Shown here one piece after another: positions 20,826 to 30,549 of a stretch of 64,000 bases of DNA. The stretch is from Candidatus Bipolaricaulota bacterium. Lineage in GTDB: Bacteria > Patescibacteriota > Patescibacteriia > UBA11705 > DATKZF01. The notes under the pieces are model-generated. The model was not told the origin of the DNA. It saw only the letters and a list, made by a program, of their open reading frames with translations, and made no database searches. Both the position numbers and the translations under genes were made by a program. Position 1 is the first letter of the stretch, and each line of letters starts with the position of its first letter. The stretch covers positions 92,508 through 156,507 of the forward strand of contig DATKZF010000001.1 in assembly GCA_035528115.1 (NCBI GenBank). Direction: 5' to 3'.

Positions 20826-21029
20826 TCAGTGGAAATTGGTTTCCCTGATGATTTCTTGCCACTGCTCGAGAGTGGCAAAGGCTCGAGCGGTACGGTCTCT
20901 CCTTCCTCCCGGTCCATCGATGAAGTATCCGACGGACACGCGCAACTTGCTTACGGGAACCTTGTCTCCGCGCAAGCGTCCCAACACCACCTGTTTGTGC
21001 TGTTCGAAGGGATCATTCGGATTGGCCAT
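20826..21029 (-). CDS. GC-rich small orphan protein (67 aa)
   Basis: AGGAGG SD before ATG 21029 (MANPNDPFEQ..); ends near the hairpin AATCCGGT..ACCGGATT. Confidence 0.55.
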   Translation of the reverse strand: MANPNDPFEQHKQVVLGRLRGDKVPVSKLRVSVGYFIDGPGGRRDRTARAFATLEQWQEIIRETNFH

Positions 21030-21123
21030 CCCCGCTTCCTCCTGTTGTCTCACACCAATAAAGGCAATTAGACAAAAAAATATTAACATTAGAAAATCAG
21101 TTTGTCAAACATAGTTTTGCTTT

Positions 21124-21588
21124 ATGGATCTAAAAATCCCAATCAATAATTGGCAAAGTGAAGACTCAACCGGAAAACCGTTTGATTTTTTTGATTGGCA
21201 AGGCGATGATTTCGCTCTTATAGTATTTTTTCGGGGCAAATTCTGCGGGTTGTGCCGAAAGTTTTTAATGAAATTAGGCGATGAGCGCGAATTTTTTAAA
21301 AAACACAAGGTAAAGATAACTGCGGTTTCTCCGGATTCCAGATTGGCCGCGGCCGTGCTTAAAACTTTTTTGCGGCTTGATTTCCCCAATTTAATCGACC
21401 CTGATTTTAAGGTGTCCGAGCTGTTCGGCGTTCCCAAAGAAGAAAAGAATCAAGCGAAATATTTAATCCCTTCGGTATTTTTAATCAATCCCAAGCATGA
21501 AATCGTCTGGGCGAAAAAAGGCGATAATTATGACGATTTTATCGAAATGAATGAAATGATGGCTAAAATAAAAGAAAATTTGGATTAA
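21124..21588 (+). CDS. AhpC/TSA (peroxiredoxin-like) redoxin
   Basis: FFRGKFCGLC, AVSPD, DPDFKVSELFGV, PSVFLI. Confidence 0.8.
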   Translation: MDLKIPINNWQSEDSTGKPFDFFDWQGDDFALIVFFRGKFCGLCRKFLMKLGDEREFFKKHKVKITAVSPDSRLAAAVLKTFLRLDFPNLIDPDFKVSELFGVPKEEKNQAKYLIPSVFLINPKHEIVWAKKGDNYDDFIEMNEMMAKIKENLD

Positions 21589-22620
21589 ATGACTATGAGG
21601 GTGATCGATTTTAATTTCAATTTGCCTAAAAATCTTATCGCTCAAAAACCGGCCACGCCTCGAGACAGCTCGAGGCTGCTTGTTTATGCTAGAAAAACAA
21701 AAGCATTGTCGCATGAAAAATTTCATAATTTGGATAAATATTTGAACAAAGGAGATCTTTTGGTTTTTAACAATACCAAAGTGTTTCCGGCCAGGCTTTT
21801 GGGGAAAAAAGAAACAGGAGGAGCCATGGAAGTTTTTTTGCTCGAAGAAAAGAAAAAAAACGTTTGGCAGGCCTTGGTAAAAGGTAAAAATAAAAAGGCC
21901 GGGCAAAAAATCATTTTTGACAAAGTTTTAATCGCGGTTCTAAGCAAACAAATCAATGATTTCGAATGGTTGGTGAAATTTGAATACAAAGGAGATTTGC
22001 GCAAAAAATTGGAAAAAATCGGGCAAGTGCCATTGCCTCCATATATAAAATCCTCGGAGAGTCAAAGTAATCTTAAAAAGCAATATCAAACCATTTACGC
22101 AAAAAAACAGGGGTCTGTGGCCGCGCCCACGGCCGGATTTCATTTCACTGAGCAAGTTCTAAAAAAATTAAAAGCCAAAGGCGTGAAATTCGCTTATGTG
22201 ACTTTGCATGTTGGTTTGGGCACTTTCGGCCCGTTACGCCAGGCCAAAGTAGAGGATAACAAGCTTCATTATGAAAAAGTGGAAATCAATCAAACGAATT
22301 TCAACAAAATAAATAAAGCCAAAGAAGCCGGCCGCAGAGTAATTACGGTGGGCACGACCACGGCCAGAACGCTGGAAGGCGCAATGGGGGCAAAGGCCGT
22401 TAAAAAAGCTTGGAGCGGAGAATTGAATACTTTTATATATCCTGGTTATAAATTCAAAATAATCGATGGTTTGATCACTAATTTTCACTTGCCGCAAAGC
22501 TCTCTCATGATGCTCGTGGCCGCTTTAATAGGCCGAACAAATATTTTAAACGCCTATAAAACCGCGGTTAAGGAGGAATATCGATTTTACAGTTTCGGAG
22601 ACGCAATGTTGATACTCTAG
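21589..22620 (+). CDS. queA: S-adenosylmethionine:tRNA ribosyltransferase-isomerase
   Basis: LIAQKP, NNTKVFPAR, PLPPYI, GSVAAPTAGFHF, TNFHLP, FYSFGDAM. Confidence 0.97.
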   Translation: MTMRVIDFNFNLPKNLIAQKPATPRDSSRLLVYARKTKALSHEKFHNLDKYLNKGDLLVFNNTKVFPARLLGKKETGGAMEVFLLEEKKKNVWQALVKGKNKKAGQKIIFDKVLIAVLSKQINDFEWLVKFEYKGDLRKKLEKIGQVPLPPYIKSSESQSNLKKQYQTIYAKKQGSVAAPTAGFHFTEQVLKKLKAKGVKFAYVTLHVGLGTFGPLRQAKVEDNKLHYEKVEINQTNFNKINKAKEAGRRVITVGTTTARTLEGAMGAKAVKKAWSGELNTFIYPGYKFKIIDGLITNFHLPQSSLMMLVAALIGRTNILNAYKTAVKEEYRFYSFGDAMLIL

Positions 22621-22667
22621 GTGGTAGCTTGTAGCTTATTAGGTTATTAGGTGGAGACGCAGGATAT

Positions 22668-23129
22668 ATGAAAAAAATTGTTTTAATTCTACCCAACATC
22701 AGAAGCGCGTTTAATGTCGGTTCGATTTTCAGAACCGCTGACGCGGCCGGCATTGAAAAAATCTATCTGTGCGGCTATACTCCGCGACCCGATAAGGATG
22801 AAAAGAAAATCGCCAAAACCGCCCTAGGCGCTGAAAATAAAGTAGCCTGGGAATATAAGAAACAGGCCGGCAGACTTATTGATGACTTGAAAAAACAAGG
22901 TTATCAAATTATTGCACTGGAAAAAACAAAAAAGAGCCTTAATTATTTGAAATTTAAACCGAAATTTTCGGCGGCTATTATTTTGGGTAATGAGGTAAAA
23001 GGCGTGTCCGCAGCGTTGCTCGAAAAATCGGATAAAACCGTTCATCTGCCCATGATGGGAGAAAAAGAATCCCTAAACGTGTCCGTGGCCTGTGGGATTT
23101 TCGCGTATTATCTCAAATTCAATGTATAA
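22668..23129 (+). CDS. SpoU/TrmH family RNA methyltransferase
   Basis: NVGSIFRTADA, GNEVKG, ESLNVSVA. Confidence 0.9.
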   Translation: MKKIVLILPNIRSAFNVGSIFRTADAAGIEKIYLCGYTPRPDKDEKKIAKTALGAENKVAWEYKKQAGRLIDDLKKQGYQIIALEKTKKSLNYLKFKPKFSAAIILGNEVKGVSAALLEKSDKTVHLPMMGEKESLNVSVACGIFAYYLKFNV

Positions 23130-23173
23130 ATCGGGTGTGGTAAAAACTCGATTTTTTTAGTATAATGTAATAT

Positions 23174-23725
23174 ATGTTTTCGTTATCGGATTTTGAAAAA
23201 AAAGAACTGTTGAAACTGGCCAAAGCCGCCATTGAAGCTCAATTGGAAGGCGCGGATTTTAATCCGGAAACGCAAAATCCCGTTTTATTGGAAAATCACG
23301 GAGTTTTCGTCACTCTCTATAAAAACGGTGAATTAAGAGGTTGTATCGGCTACATCGAACCCGTTTCGACGATTTGGCAAGCTGTGATAAATAACGCGGT
23401 CAGCGCGGCTTTTGAAGATCCCAGATTTATGCCCTTGCAAAAGCAGGAATTGACGGACATTAAGCTTGAGATTTCCGTTTTGAGCGTTCCGCAAAAAACA
23501 AATATTAATCACGTCAAACAGGGGATCAATGGCGTGGTAATCCGTCGAGGAGGCAGGAAAGCGACTTACTTGCCGGATGTTTGGAAACATTTTAAAAACA
23601 AAGAGGACTTTTACGCCAGTCTTTGCGTCAAAGCGGGGCTCGAAGAAGGCGCTTGGAAAAAAAATGATGTTGATATTTACGTATATGAGACGGAGACGTT
23701 TGGACATGGATCATGTAACACATAA
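23174..23725 (+). CDS. amrA: AmmeMemoRadiSam protein A (AMMECR1 domain)
   Basis: GVFVTL..LRGCIG, AAFEDPRF, EISVLS, ATYLP. Confidence 0.92.
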   Translation: MFSLSDFEKKELLKLAKAAIEAQLEGADFNPETQNPVLLENHGVFVTLYKNGELRGCIGYIEPVSTIWQAVINNAVSAAFEDPRFMPLQKQELTDIKLEISVLSVPQKTNINHVKQGINGVVIRRGGRKATYLPDVWKHFKNKEDFYASLCVKAGLEEGAWKKNDVDIYVYETETFGHGSCNT

Positions 23726-23743
23726 CATGAATCATGGAGTATT

Positions 23744-23877
23744 GTTACGAATTACAATAATCCGTTAGGCCGATTAATATATTTTACAAATTACATTCAC
23801 CTATAGCTTTAAGCCTGAGAATCTTGTAATTCGTAACAGATAACCTAAAAGCTTAATAGAATATTGTAATTAGTAAC
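23744..23877 (-). repeat. 134-bp nested-palindrome element, copy 2 (reverse orientation)
   Basis: GTTACGAATTACA-26-TTTACAAATTACA-29-TGTAATTCGTAAC-27-TGTAATTAGTAAC; further degenerate GTAAC motifs follow to ~23996. Confidence 0.9.
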
Positions 23878-23997
23878 AAATTACTCATTACTATTTACTG
23901 ATCACTGAATTTATAAATTTGTAACCATTAGTAACGATTTATTAAACCAAAAATTAAGGCTAGTATAATAGCCGCAATAATTCGTAACGTGTAACGT

Positions 23998-24975
23998 ATG
24001 AAAATAAACTTCGTGGAAAATTTGGAGTTGGGACAAAAATTATCAGGTGAATCTTTTTTCGTAAAAAGCGTTAATAAATCGAAAACTCAAGCCGGCAAAG
24101 AATATTGGAATTTGCTTTTGGGTGATAAAACGGGCCAGGTCAGCGCCAAGGTCTGGGCGGATCATTTAAGCGATTGCCATGAAGCGCAAACCGGTCAAAT
24201 CGTATCCGTTTCAGGCTCTGTGCAGGAATTTAAGGGGAATAAGCAAATAATTGTGGAGTCGTTAAGCATCGCTCAAGACTATGATGAATCCGACTTCATG
24301 GGTAAATCAAAAAAGAACATTGATGATCTATATAAAATTGTGGAAAAAAATATTTTTTCGATAAAAAACGAATATCTGAAAAAATTGATTGACGGATTTT
24401 TCGGTGATTCTAATTTCGAGGAAAAATTCAAAAAAGCTCCTGGCGCCGAACGAATTCATCACGCTTATTTGGGAGGTTTGCTCGAACACGTGACAGAGAT
24501 GCTCAATCTCGCCTCGTTAATCGCCGAGGATTATCCGGTAGTCGATCATGATTTATTGATTTGCGGTGTTTTGTTGCATGATATCGGTAAAATGGAAGAG
24601 CTCGAAATAAACGGCGGCATTAAAAGAACGATCGGCGGCAAGCTCGTCGGGCATTTGCCATTGGGATTTTTAACCGTTGCCAAAAAAATTGATTCGATTA
24701 AAAATTTTCCCGATAATTTAAAATACAAACTGCACAATTTAATATTGAGCCATCATGGCAAGCGCGAATTCGGCAGTCCGATGTTGCCCATGTCGCTGGA
24801 AGCGGTGATTTTGTACCGCATAGATGAATTATCATCAAAGGCTAATGTGGCCGCCGAGGAATATGAACGCGGAGTCGAGGCCTCAAGCGTATTTTCCGAA
24901 AAAATATTCGCATTGGATAACACTGAGTTGTACATCGGCGATGATCGAGGCCCGGAACAAACTTCACTGATATAA
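23998..24975 (+). CDS. yhaM: 3'-5' exoribonuclease YhaM-like (OB fold + HD)
   Basis: LGDKTG..AKVW OB fold; HHAYLGGLLEH, LLHDIGK, SHHGKREFGSP. Confidence 0.88.
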   Translation: MKINFVENLELGQKLSGESFFVKSVNKSKTQAGKEYWNLLLGDKTGQVSAKVWADHLSDCHEAQTGQIVSVSGSVQEFKGNKQIIVESLSIAQDYDESDFMGKSKKNIDDLYKIVEKNIFSIKNEYLKKLIDGFFGDSNFEEKFKKAPGAERIHHAYLGGLLEHVTEMLNLASLIAEDYPVVDHDLLICGVLLHDIGKMEELEINGGIKRTIGGKLVGHLPLGFLTVAKKIDSIKNFPDNLKYKLHNLILSHHGKREFGSPMLPMSLEAVILYRIDELSSKANVAAEEYERGVEASSVFSEKIFALDNTELYIGDDRGPEQTSLI

Positions 24976-24998
24976 GGTTTAAATTTAGTAAAAAATAA

Positions 24999-26198
24999 AT
25001 GAACGTCACTTCTCGAATCAATATTTTGATGTTTAATATGTCTCCATATAGCGATTGGAGGCAAGGCATTTTTAATCGCAATTATTTTATTTTGCAAAAC
25101 CTGCAAAAAGATCCGAGAATCGGAAAAATTCTGGCGATTGATTTTTTGCCGCTCAAACTCTCCCAAGCTCCAAAATATTATTTTAAAAATTTAATGGCCA
25201 AATCAAAAAACAAAAATTTGATTTTCGGAGATTTAACCTCGATGTGCTACCGCGAATCCGACAAAATCTACGTGTACTCATCCATTGACTCGCTGATTTC
25301 GCCGAATATCGTCCTGCGGGAAATAAGCGGACTGCTCGGCAAGCTCGCCATGACTAAAAATTTGGTAGTCTGGTCGTATAACCCGATGTTCATGCAATTT
25401 GAAACCAAGATCAAAAGAGATCTCTTTGTTTTTGACACCGTGGACAATTGGACGGAACACAAAGGTTATCTGAAATTGATGAGCAAGAAAAAATTGATAA
25501 AAAATTACGAACGAGTGGCCGCCAAAGCCGACAGCATTTTTACCGTTTCCAAAGAATTGATCGATTTTTATAAAAAAATGGGCAGAGACGATAACCTTAC
25601 GCAGATAGCGAACGGGGTCGATGCCGAATTTTTCGATAATTTCAATTTATCGGAAAACTTGCCGGAAATCAAGGAAGGAAATAAAAAAATCATCGGTTAT
25701 AGCGGCACGATCCAAAACAGGTTCGATGTTGATTTGGCGGCTTATTTGGCGAAAAAAAATCCTGATAAAATTTTGGTTTTACTCGGACCGATTTGGCGGG
25801 AGAAAAAAGGCGAGATAAAGAAAAAATTGGGTAATTTGTCCAATGTGAAATTGCTCGGCCGGATTAAATACACTGACTTGCCCGCATATTTGAATCAATA
25901 CGATGTCTGCATTATTCCTCATAAAATCGATAATTTTATCAAATCAACGGATCCCATGAAATTATATGACTATTTGGCGGCCGGAAAACCGGTGGTAACG
26001 ACTCGCGGCGCGGGCGTTGAAGTTTATAAAAATGATATTTACATCGCCGACGATTTTGAACAATTCAACAAATTTGTTAATGAGGCCTTAAAAGAGGACT
26101 CCGCCGAAATGGCGGAAAAAAGAAAAAATATTGCGCGAAAGCAAGATTGGAAATTTAAAGTCGGCAAAATGATTGATATTGTCGAGAACAAATTATGA
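24999..26198 (+). CDS. Glycosyltransferase (GT4-like, TuaH-type)
   Basis: FDTVDNW, IANGVD, IGYSG, PMKLYDYLAAGKPVV. Confidence 0.85.
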   Translation: MNVTSRINILMFNMSPYSDWRQGIFNRNYFILQNLQKDPRIGKILAIDFLPLKLSQAPKYYFKNLMAKSKNKNLIFGDLTSMCYRESDKIYVYSSIDSLISPNIVLREISGLLGKLAMTKNLVVWSYNPMFMQFETKIKRDLFVFDTVDNWTEHKGYLKLMSKKKLIKNYERVAAKADSIFTVSKELIDFYKKMGRDDNLTQIANGVDAEFFDNFNLSENLPEIKEGNKKIIGYSGTIQNRFDVDLAAYLAKKNPDKILVLLGPIWREKKGEIKKKLGNLSNVKLLGRIKYTDLPAYLNQYDVCIIPHKIDNFIKSTDPMKLYDYLAAGKPVVTTRGAGVEVYKNDIYIADDFEQFNKFVNEALKEDSAEMAEKRKNIARKQDWKFKVGKMIDIVENKL

Positions 26199-27085
26199 AA
26201 AAATTATCCATAATCACGGTTTCCTGGAATGTTAAAATCTTATTGATCGATTTTCTAAAATCGATTTTTTCTAATTTGGCGGATATTAATTTTGAAGTTA
26301 TTGTTGTCGATAATGCCTCGAAAGACGGCTCGGTTGAAGCGATAAAACACGAATATCAAAATGAAATCGCGGGCAGCCGGCTCAAAATTTTGGCGGAAAA
26401 AGAAAATCATGGGTTCTCCAAGGGCAATAATCTCGGTTGGCAAGCTTCAAGCGGAGAATATGTTTGGTTTTTAAATCCGGATATGAGATTTTTGGAAGAT
26501 TCCGCTGAAAAAATGTTGAATTTCATGAAAGCTCAAGAAAATGTCGGGGCCGTTGGCTGTCGATTGATTTATGCGGATGAAACGATCCAGCCGAGCGTTA
26601 AGAATTTCCCCAAGGTTTGGGATCAAAGTTTGATTTTGCTGAAATTGCATCATGTTTTCAAAACCAAAAGTTTGAAAAGATATTTGGCCAAGGGCTTTGA
26701 TTACAATCGGCAAGCCGAAGTCGAGCAATTGATGGGCGCTTGCATTCTGATCAAACGCGACGTTTTTGAAAAAATCGGCGGCTGGGACGAAGATTATTGG
26801 TTGTCTTGGGAAGATGTTGATTTGTGCGAAAAATTAAAATCCGCGGGCTTGAAAAATATTTATACGCCAATCACTTCAATCATTCATTTTGAGGGCAAGT
26901 CTTTTGAGCAAGTGCCCAGTTTATCAAAGCAAAAAAGGTTTAATAAGGGAATGCGAACCTATTTCAAAAAGCACGAAAGCTTTTTATCTTATTCCATTTT
27001 GTTGATATTGTCGCCATTTAGTTTGTTTTTAGCTTGGTTGACACAAATATTCAAGGTAAAGCAAAGGACTCAGTCTAAAATATAA
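26195..27085 (+). CDS. Glycosyltransferase family 2
   Basis: VVDNASKDGS, GFSKGNN, LNPD, EDVDLC. Confidence 0.9.
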   Translation: MKKLSIITVSWNVKILLIDFLKSIFSNLADINFEVIVVDNASKDGSVEAIKHEYQNEIAGSRLKILAEKENHGFSKGNNLGWQASSGEYVWFLNPDMRFLEDSAEKMLNFMKAQENVGAVGCRLIYADETIQPSVKNFPKVWDQSLILLKLHHVFKTKSLKRYLAKGFDYNRQAEVEQLMGACILIKRDVFEKIGGWDEDYWLSWEDVDLCEKLKSAGLKNIYTPITSIIHFEGKSFEQVPSLSKQKRFNKGMRTYFKKHESFLSYSILLILSPFSLFLAWLTQIFKVKQRTQSKI

Positions 27086-27099
27086 GTTTAAAAACCATT

Positions 27100-27197
27100 T
27101 TGTCTCGGGACAAACTGAAGCGAGCGTCGCTAACGAAATAGAGAAATCCATTCCAGTCCGTTTGGAGAAGATCTCTCGACTGCGCTCGAGATGACAA
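27100..27197 (-). repeat. REP-like palindromic element
   Basis: Minus strand TGTCATCTCGAGCGCAGTCGAGAGATCT...GATTTCTC..; hairpin-forming, in an intra-operon spacer. Confidence 0.6.
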
Positions 27198-27222
27198 AAA
27201 ACAATACGATTCACAAACAAAT

Positions 27223-28731
27223 ATGCCAAAACTATTCGATAAAACATTCTACATCGCCCTGGGAATATTCATTCTTACTGAAATTTTGTCGATTATTGGG
27301 TTTTTCAACGTCTTCATGGAAAAGCCCTTGTTCATTTTAATATTGCTTTTAACCGCTGTTTTGGGCTGTATAAAATATGAGTTCAGTGTAATTGTATTGA
27401 TTTCCGAATTGATTATCGGCTCAAAAGGTTATTTATTTTCCTGGCCGATAACTCAAGAAAGTGGCATTTCAATTCGGCTTGGTATTTTCCTAATTGTTTT
27501 CTTGATCGGTTTGATTAAAATTATTAGGGATTGTTTGAAAAAAGAGGGGAGATTCATCTTCTGGTATTCCAAATTAAGAAATTATTATTTTCTTATTTTT
27601 ATTGTTATTTTTTGGGGAGTCATTTGGGCCTTGATTAGAAAAATAAGCCCCGGTGATATTTTCTTTGACTCAAACGCCTATTTGTATTTAGGTTTGGCGC
27701 CGATTTTATATCAATTAATCACCTCAAAAGCTCAAATTTTGAATTTATTGAGAGTTTTTCTGGCGGCCACTGCCCATGTTTGTCTCAAATGTTTCGTTTT
27801 ACTTTATATCTTCTCGCATGGCCTGAGCTTTGCCGAACCGCTTTATCACTGGGTCAGGGACACCGGCTTTGGAGAAATCACTTTATTATCGGGCAATTTT
27901 TTCCGCGTTTTCTCACAAGCTCAGATTTACTCCTTAATCGGTTTTTTTATCGCTTTTGCATTACTGATTTCCTTGAAAAATTTAAGAACTAAGAATGCGA
28001 TCGGGCTGTTTATTATTTCCGCCTCGGCGCTATCAAATGTGATTTTCAGCTTGTCTCGAAGCTTTTGGGTGGCCGCGGCCGGAACTTTTATTATATTGAT
28101 CGGGGTAATGTTTTTTAAATATCGCCTAAAAATCAAAGAAGTGAGCAAAATAAAAGCTTGGTTTTTCAGCGCTTTGACAATCAGCGTTCTTTTGATCATC
28201 GCGGTGGTCAAATTTCCGATACCGCCGGTAAAAGTTGACCTTGACGCTTTGCGGCACAGGTTTCAAATCAGCGACGAAGCCGCGGTTTCCAGTCGTTGGA
28301 GCCAACTGCCCGAGCTCGGTCTGGCCATTGCCGGACATCCAATCATCGGCTCGGGCTTCGGTCAAACAGTCACTTACATTACTTCGGATCCCAGGCTTTT
28401 GTCCGAATTTCCGGATGGCAAATACACGACTTTCGCTTTTGAATGGGGCTACCTTGATCAAATCTTGAAATTCGGTCTGGCCGGATTGGTCATTTATCTG
28501 CTTTATATTTATAAAATATGGCGATTGGGTTGGTTTGCCGCTAAAAACGCGGTGAAGGAATTTGAGCGGCCGCTGATTTTGGGCTTGATCTTCGGCCTAC
28601 TGGCTCTGATGGCAACGCATATGTTCAGTCCATACCTTAACCATCCTCTTGGAATCGGGTATTTAATTTTGATTGGGATTTGGTTTGAAATTTTACCAAT
28701 ACCTGTCGTTTCAACCTCATCACAAAAATAA
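27223..28731 (+). CDS. O-antigen ligase/polymerase (Wzy_C) family membrane protein
   Basis: About 12 TM; SLSRSFW, HPIIGSGFG, KFGLAGL. Confidence 0.8.
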   Translation: MPKLFDKTFYIALGIFILTEILSIIGFFNVFMEKPLFILILLLTAVLGCIKYEFSVIVLISELIIGSKGYLFSWPITQESGISIRLGIFLIVFLIGLIKIIRDCLKKEGRFIFWYSKLRNYYFLIFIVIFWGVIWALIRKISPGDIFFDSNAYLYLGLAPILYQLITSKAQILNLLRVFLAATAHVCLKCFVLLYIFSHGLSFAEPLYHWVRDTGFGEITLLSGNFFRVFSQAQIYSLIGFFIAFALLISLKNLRTKNAIGLFIISASALSNVIFSLSRSFWVAAAGTFIILIGVMFFKYRLKIKEVSKIKAWFFSALTISVLLIIAVVKFPIPPVKVDLDALRHRFQISDEAAVSSRWSQLPELGLAIAGHPIIGSGFGQTVTYITSDPRLLSEFPDGKYTTFAFEWGYLDQILKFGLAGLVIYLLYIYKIWRLGWFAAKNAVKEFERPLILGLIFGLLALMATHMFSPYLNHPLGIGYLILIGIWFEILPIPVVSTSSQK

Positions 28732-28861
28732 TCGCTGTCTCTCTATCCCGGCATCGGGGTCGTGAGGAAATAAGAGGGGAATCACTTATTCCTCTTTTAA
28801 TATTGACAATTTCATTCAAAATGCTATATTTAATCTCCGATCGCAAAAAAGGAGGTGTCAC

Positions 28862-29086
28862 ATGTGGGACATTGATCCGTCGGGAACCGCGCTCAACAGA
28901 GAAGGCATGCTGGTGGCCATTGCGCTGGCCATCTTCGTTGTCGTCATCTACCTCGTCGTGAGAGGAGTCCTGATTCGACGAGAACTGCGGTACCTGGAGG
29001 AGCTCAGAAGAAACAGCGACCCACCCAGTACTGATGAACCGACTCCAATCACGGAATTGGGGGGAGACGGGGAGAAAAATGCTTGA
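28862..29086 (+). CDS. GC-rich small single-TM protein (74 aa)
   Basis: TTGACA-16-TATATT promoter (28803-28830), AAGGAGGT SD, one TM. Confidence 0.6.
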   Translation: MWDIDPSGTALNREGMLVAIALAIFVVVIYLVVRGVLIRRELRYLEELRRNSDPPSTDEPTPITELGGDGEKNA

Positions 29087-29225
29087 TATCCTTTGGTTTC
29101 TCAATGACAAGCAGGCCGCGCTCCTCGTGGGCTTCGGCGGCTTGATCATCGCGTACTGCTGCATCTACTTTCTGTTTGCGACTGGAGCGAAAAAAAGCAC
29201 CTCGCAAGGTTGTCCGAGAAAGTGA
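29079..29225 (+). CDS. GC-rich small single-TM protein (48 aa)
   Basis: GGAG SD; MLDILWFLNDKQAALLVGFGGLIIAYCCIYFLFATG..; overlaps the previous stop; followed by a terminator. Confidence 0.55.
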   Translation: MLDILWFLNDKQAALLVGFGGLIIAYCCIYFLFATGAKKSTSQGCPRK

Positions 29226-29337
29226 ATATCCCAAGCGCGGACTGAATCTGGTTCGCGTTTTTGAATTCTTGACAGCGAGCTAAGGCTTGTGTATATTTAG
29301 GGGAGGAGGAACCCCTTCGCGGTGAGGAGCTAGTGCC

Positions 29338-29460
29338 ATGAAAGCTATGCCCGAAAACAGTCCTAAGGCGTACCGGTACTTCCCAGTGTTCCTGATCACT
29401 TTGTTGATCATCTTGGTGATCATCGAACTCCTCACTAAAACTTTATCCACGTGGCGCTGA
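29338..29460 (+). CDS. Small single-TM protein (40 aa, not in the ORF track)
   Basis: TTGACA-17-TATATT (29269-29297), GAGGAG SD; MKAMPENSPKAYRYFPVFLITLLIILVIIELLTKTLSTWR. Confidence 0.55.
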   Translation: MKAMPENSPKAYRYFPVFLITLLIILVIIELLTKTLSTWR

Positions 29461-29526
29461 TCACGCCCCAAAGAGTCCGCCTGCCATAAAGGCGCGACAA
29501 ACGTGAAGTGAATCTACTTCGCGTTT

Positions 29527-30456
29527 TTATTGTAATTTTAATCCTATGAATTCCGGATGTCCGTTGATAAAATCATTGGCACCTACTTCTTTTTTCCCTT
29601 CCAACTTAACTTTTTTGATTTCCAAGCACCCGTTTTCGCATTGAACCAAAATCCTATCGTCATGTTTAAAAACCGAGCCGACCGGTTTAGCTTCACCGCA
29701 TTCGGCGACATCAGCCGACAATATATCCAATTTTTTATCGTTAAAAAAAGTAAAAGCGCCCGGCCAGGGAGTAAACGCTCTAATTTGATTAAAAATATGC
29801 TCGGCGGAACTTTGCCAGACAATACGGCCTTGGCCTTTGGTGATGGTGGGAAAGTAAGAAGCCGCCGAATCATCTTGTTTTTGCGGATTGATTTGACCTG
29901 ACAGATAATTAGAAATGGTTTTAGACATGAGTTCGGCGCCGAGCACGGACAAGCGGTCATGAAGCGTTTGAAAATTATCGCTCTTTTTGATTTGCGATTT
30001 GTTCTGAGAAATAATATCTCCCGTATCCAGACCGGCGTCCATTTTCATAATAGTAACCCCTGTTTCCTTGTCTCCGTTGAGCAAAGCGGCCTGAATGGGC
30101 GCGGCGCCGCGGTATTTGGGGAGTAGGGAAGCGTGAATATTCAAACAGCCATGTTTTGGCAGATCCAAAATTTCCTTGGGTAAAATTTTGCCGAAAGCCA
30201 CCACCACGCCGAGATCGGGTTGTATTTTTTTCAATTCATCAATGAAATTTTTATCCAACTTTTCCGGCTGTAAAATTAAAAAATCACGCGCTTGCGCGTA
30301 TTCTTTGATCGGCGAAGCCGATAATATTTTATTTCTGCCCTTTGGTTTATCAGGTTGCGTAACGACCGCTTCGATTGAGAAATTCTCAGCCAGCGCTCGA
30401 AGAGTCGGGATGGCAAAATCGGGCGTGCCGAAGAAAATTACTTTTATGTTGTTCAT
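29527..30456 (-). CDS. fmt: Methionyl-tRNA formyltransferase
   Basis: FFGTPDFA, VTQPDKPKGR, NIHASLLPKYRGAAPIQ, GLDTGD. Confidence 0.97.
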   Translation of the reverse strand: MNNIKVIFFGTPDFAIPTLRALAENFSIEAVVTQPDKPKGRNKILSASPIKEYAQARDFLILQPEKLDKNFIDELKKIQPDLGVVVAFGKILPKEILDLPKHGCLNIHASLLPKYRGAAPIQAALLNGDKETGVTIMKMDAGLDTGDIISQNKSQIKKSDNFQTLHDRLSVLGAELMSKTISNYLSGQINPQKQDDSAASYFPTITKGQGRIVWQSSAEHIFNQIRAFTPWPGAFTFFNDKKLDILSADVAECGEAKPVGSVFKHDDRILVQCENGCLEIKKVKLEGKKEVGANDFINGHPEFIGLKLQ

Positions 30457-30482
30457 ACTTCCATTATACTCTTAAATTAGCT

Positions 30483-30508
30483 GTTACGAATTACAATCTT
30501 CTCAGGCT
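30483..30508 (+). repeat. Fragment of the 134-bp element
   Basis: GTTACGAATTACAATCTTCTCAGGC. Confidence 0.7.
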
Positions 30509-30549
30509 ATGAAAATATTGGATAGCCAAACCTATATTCTTGCATCCTC

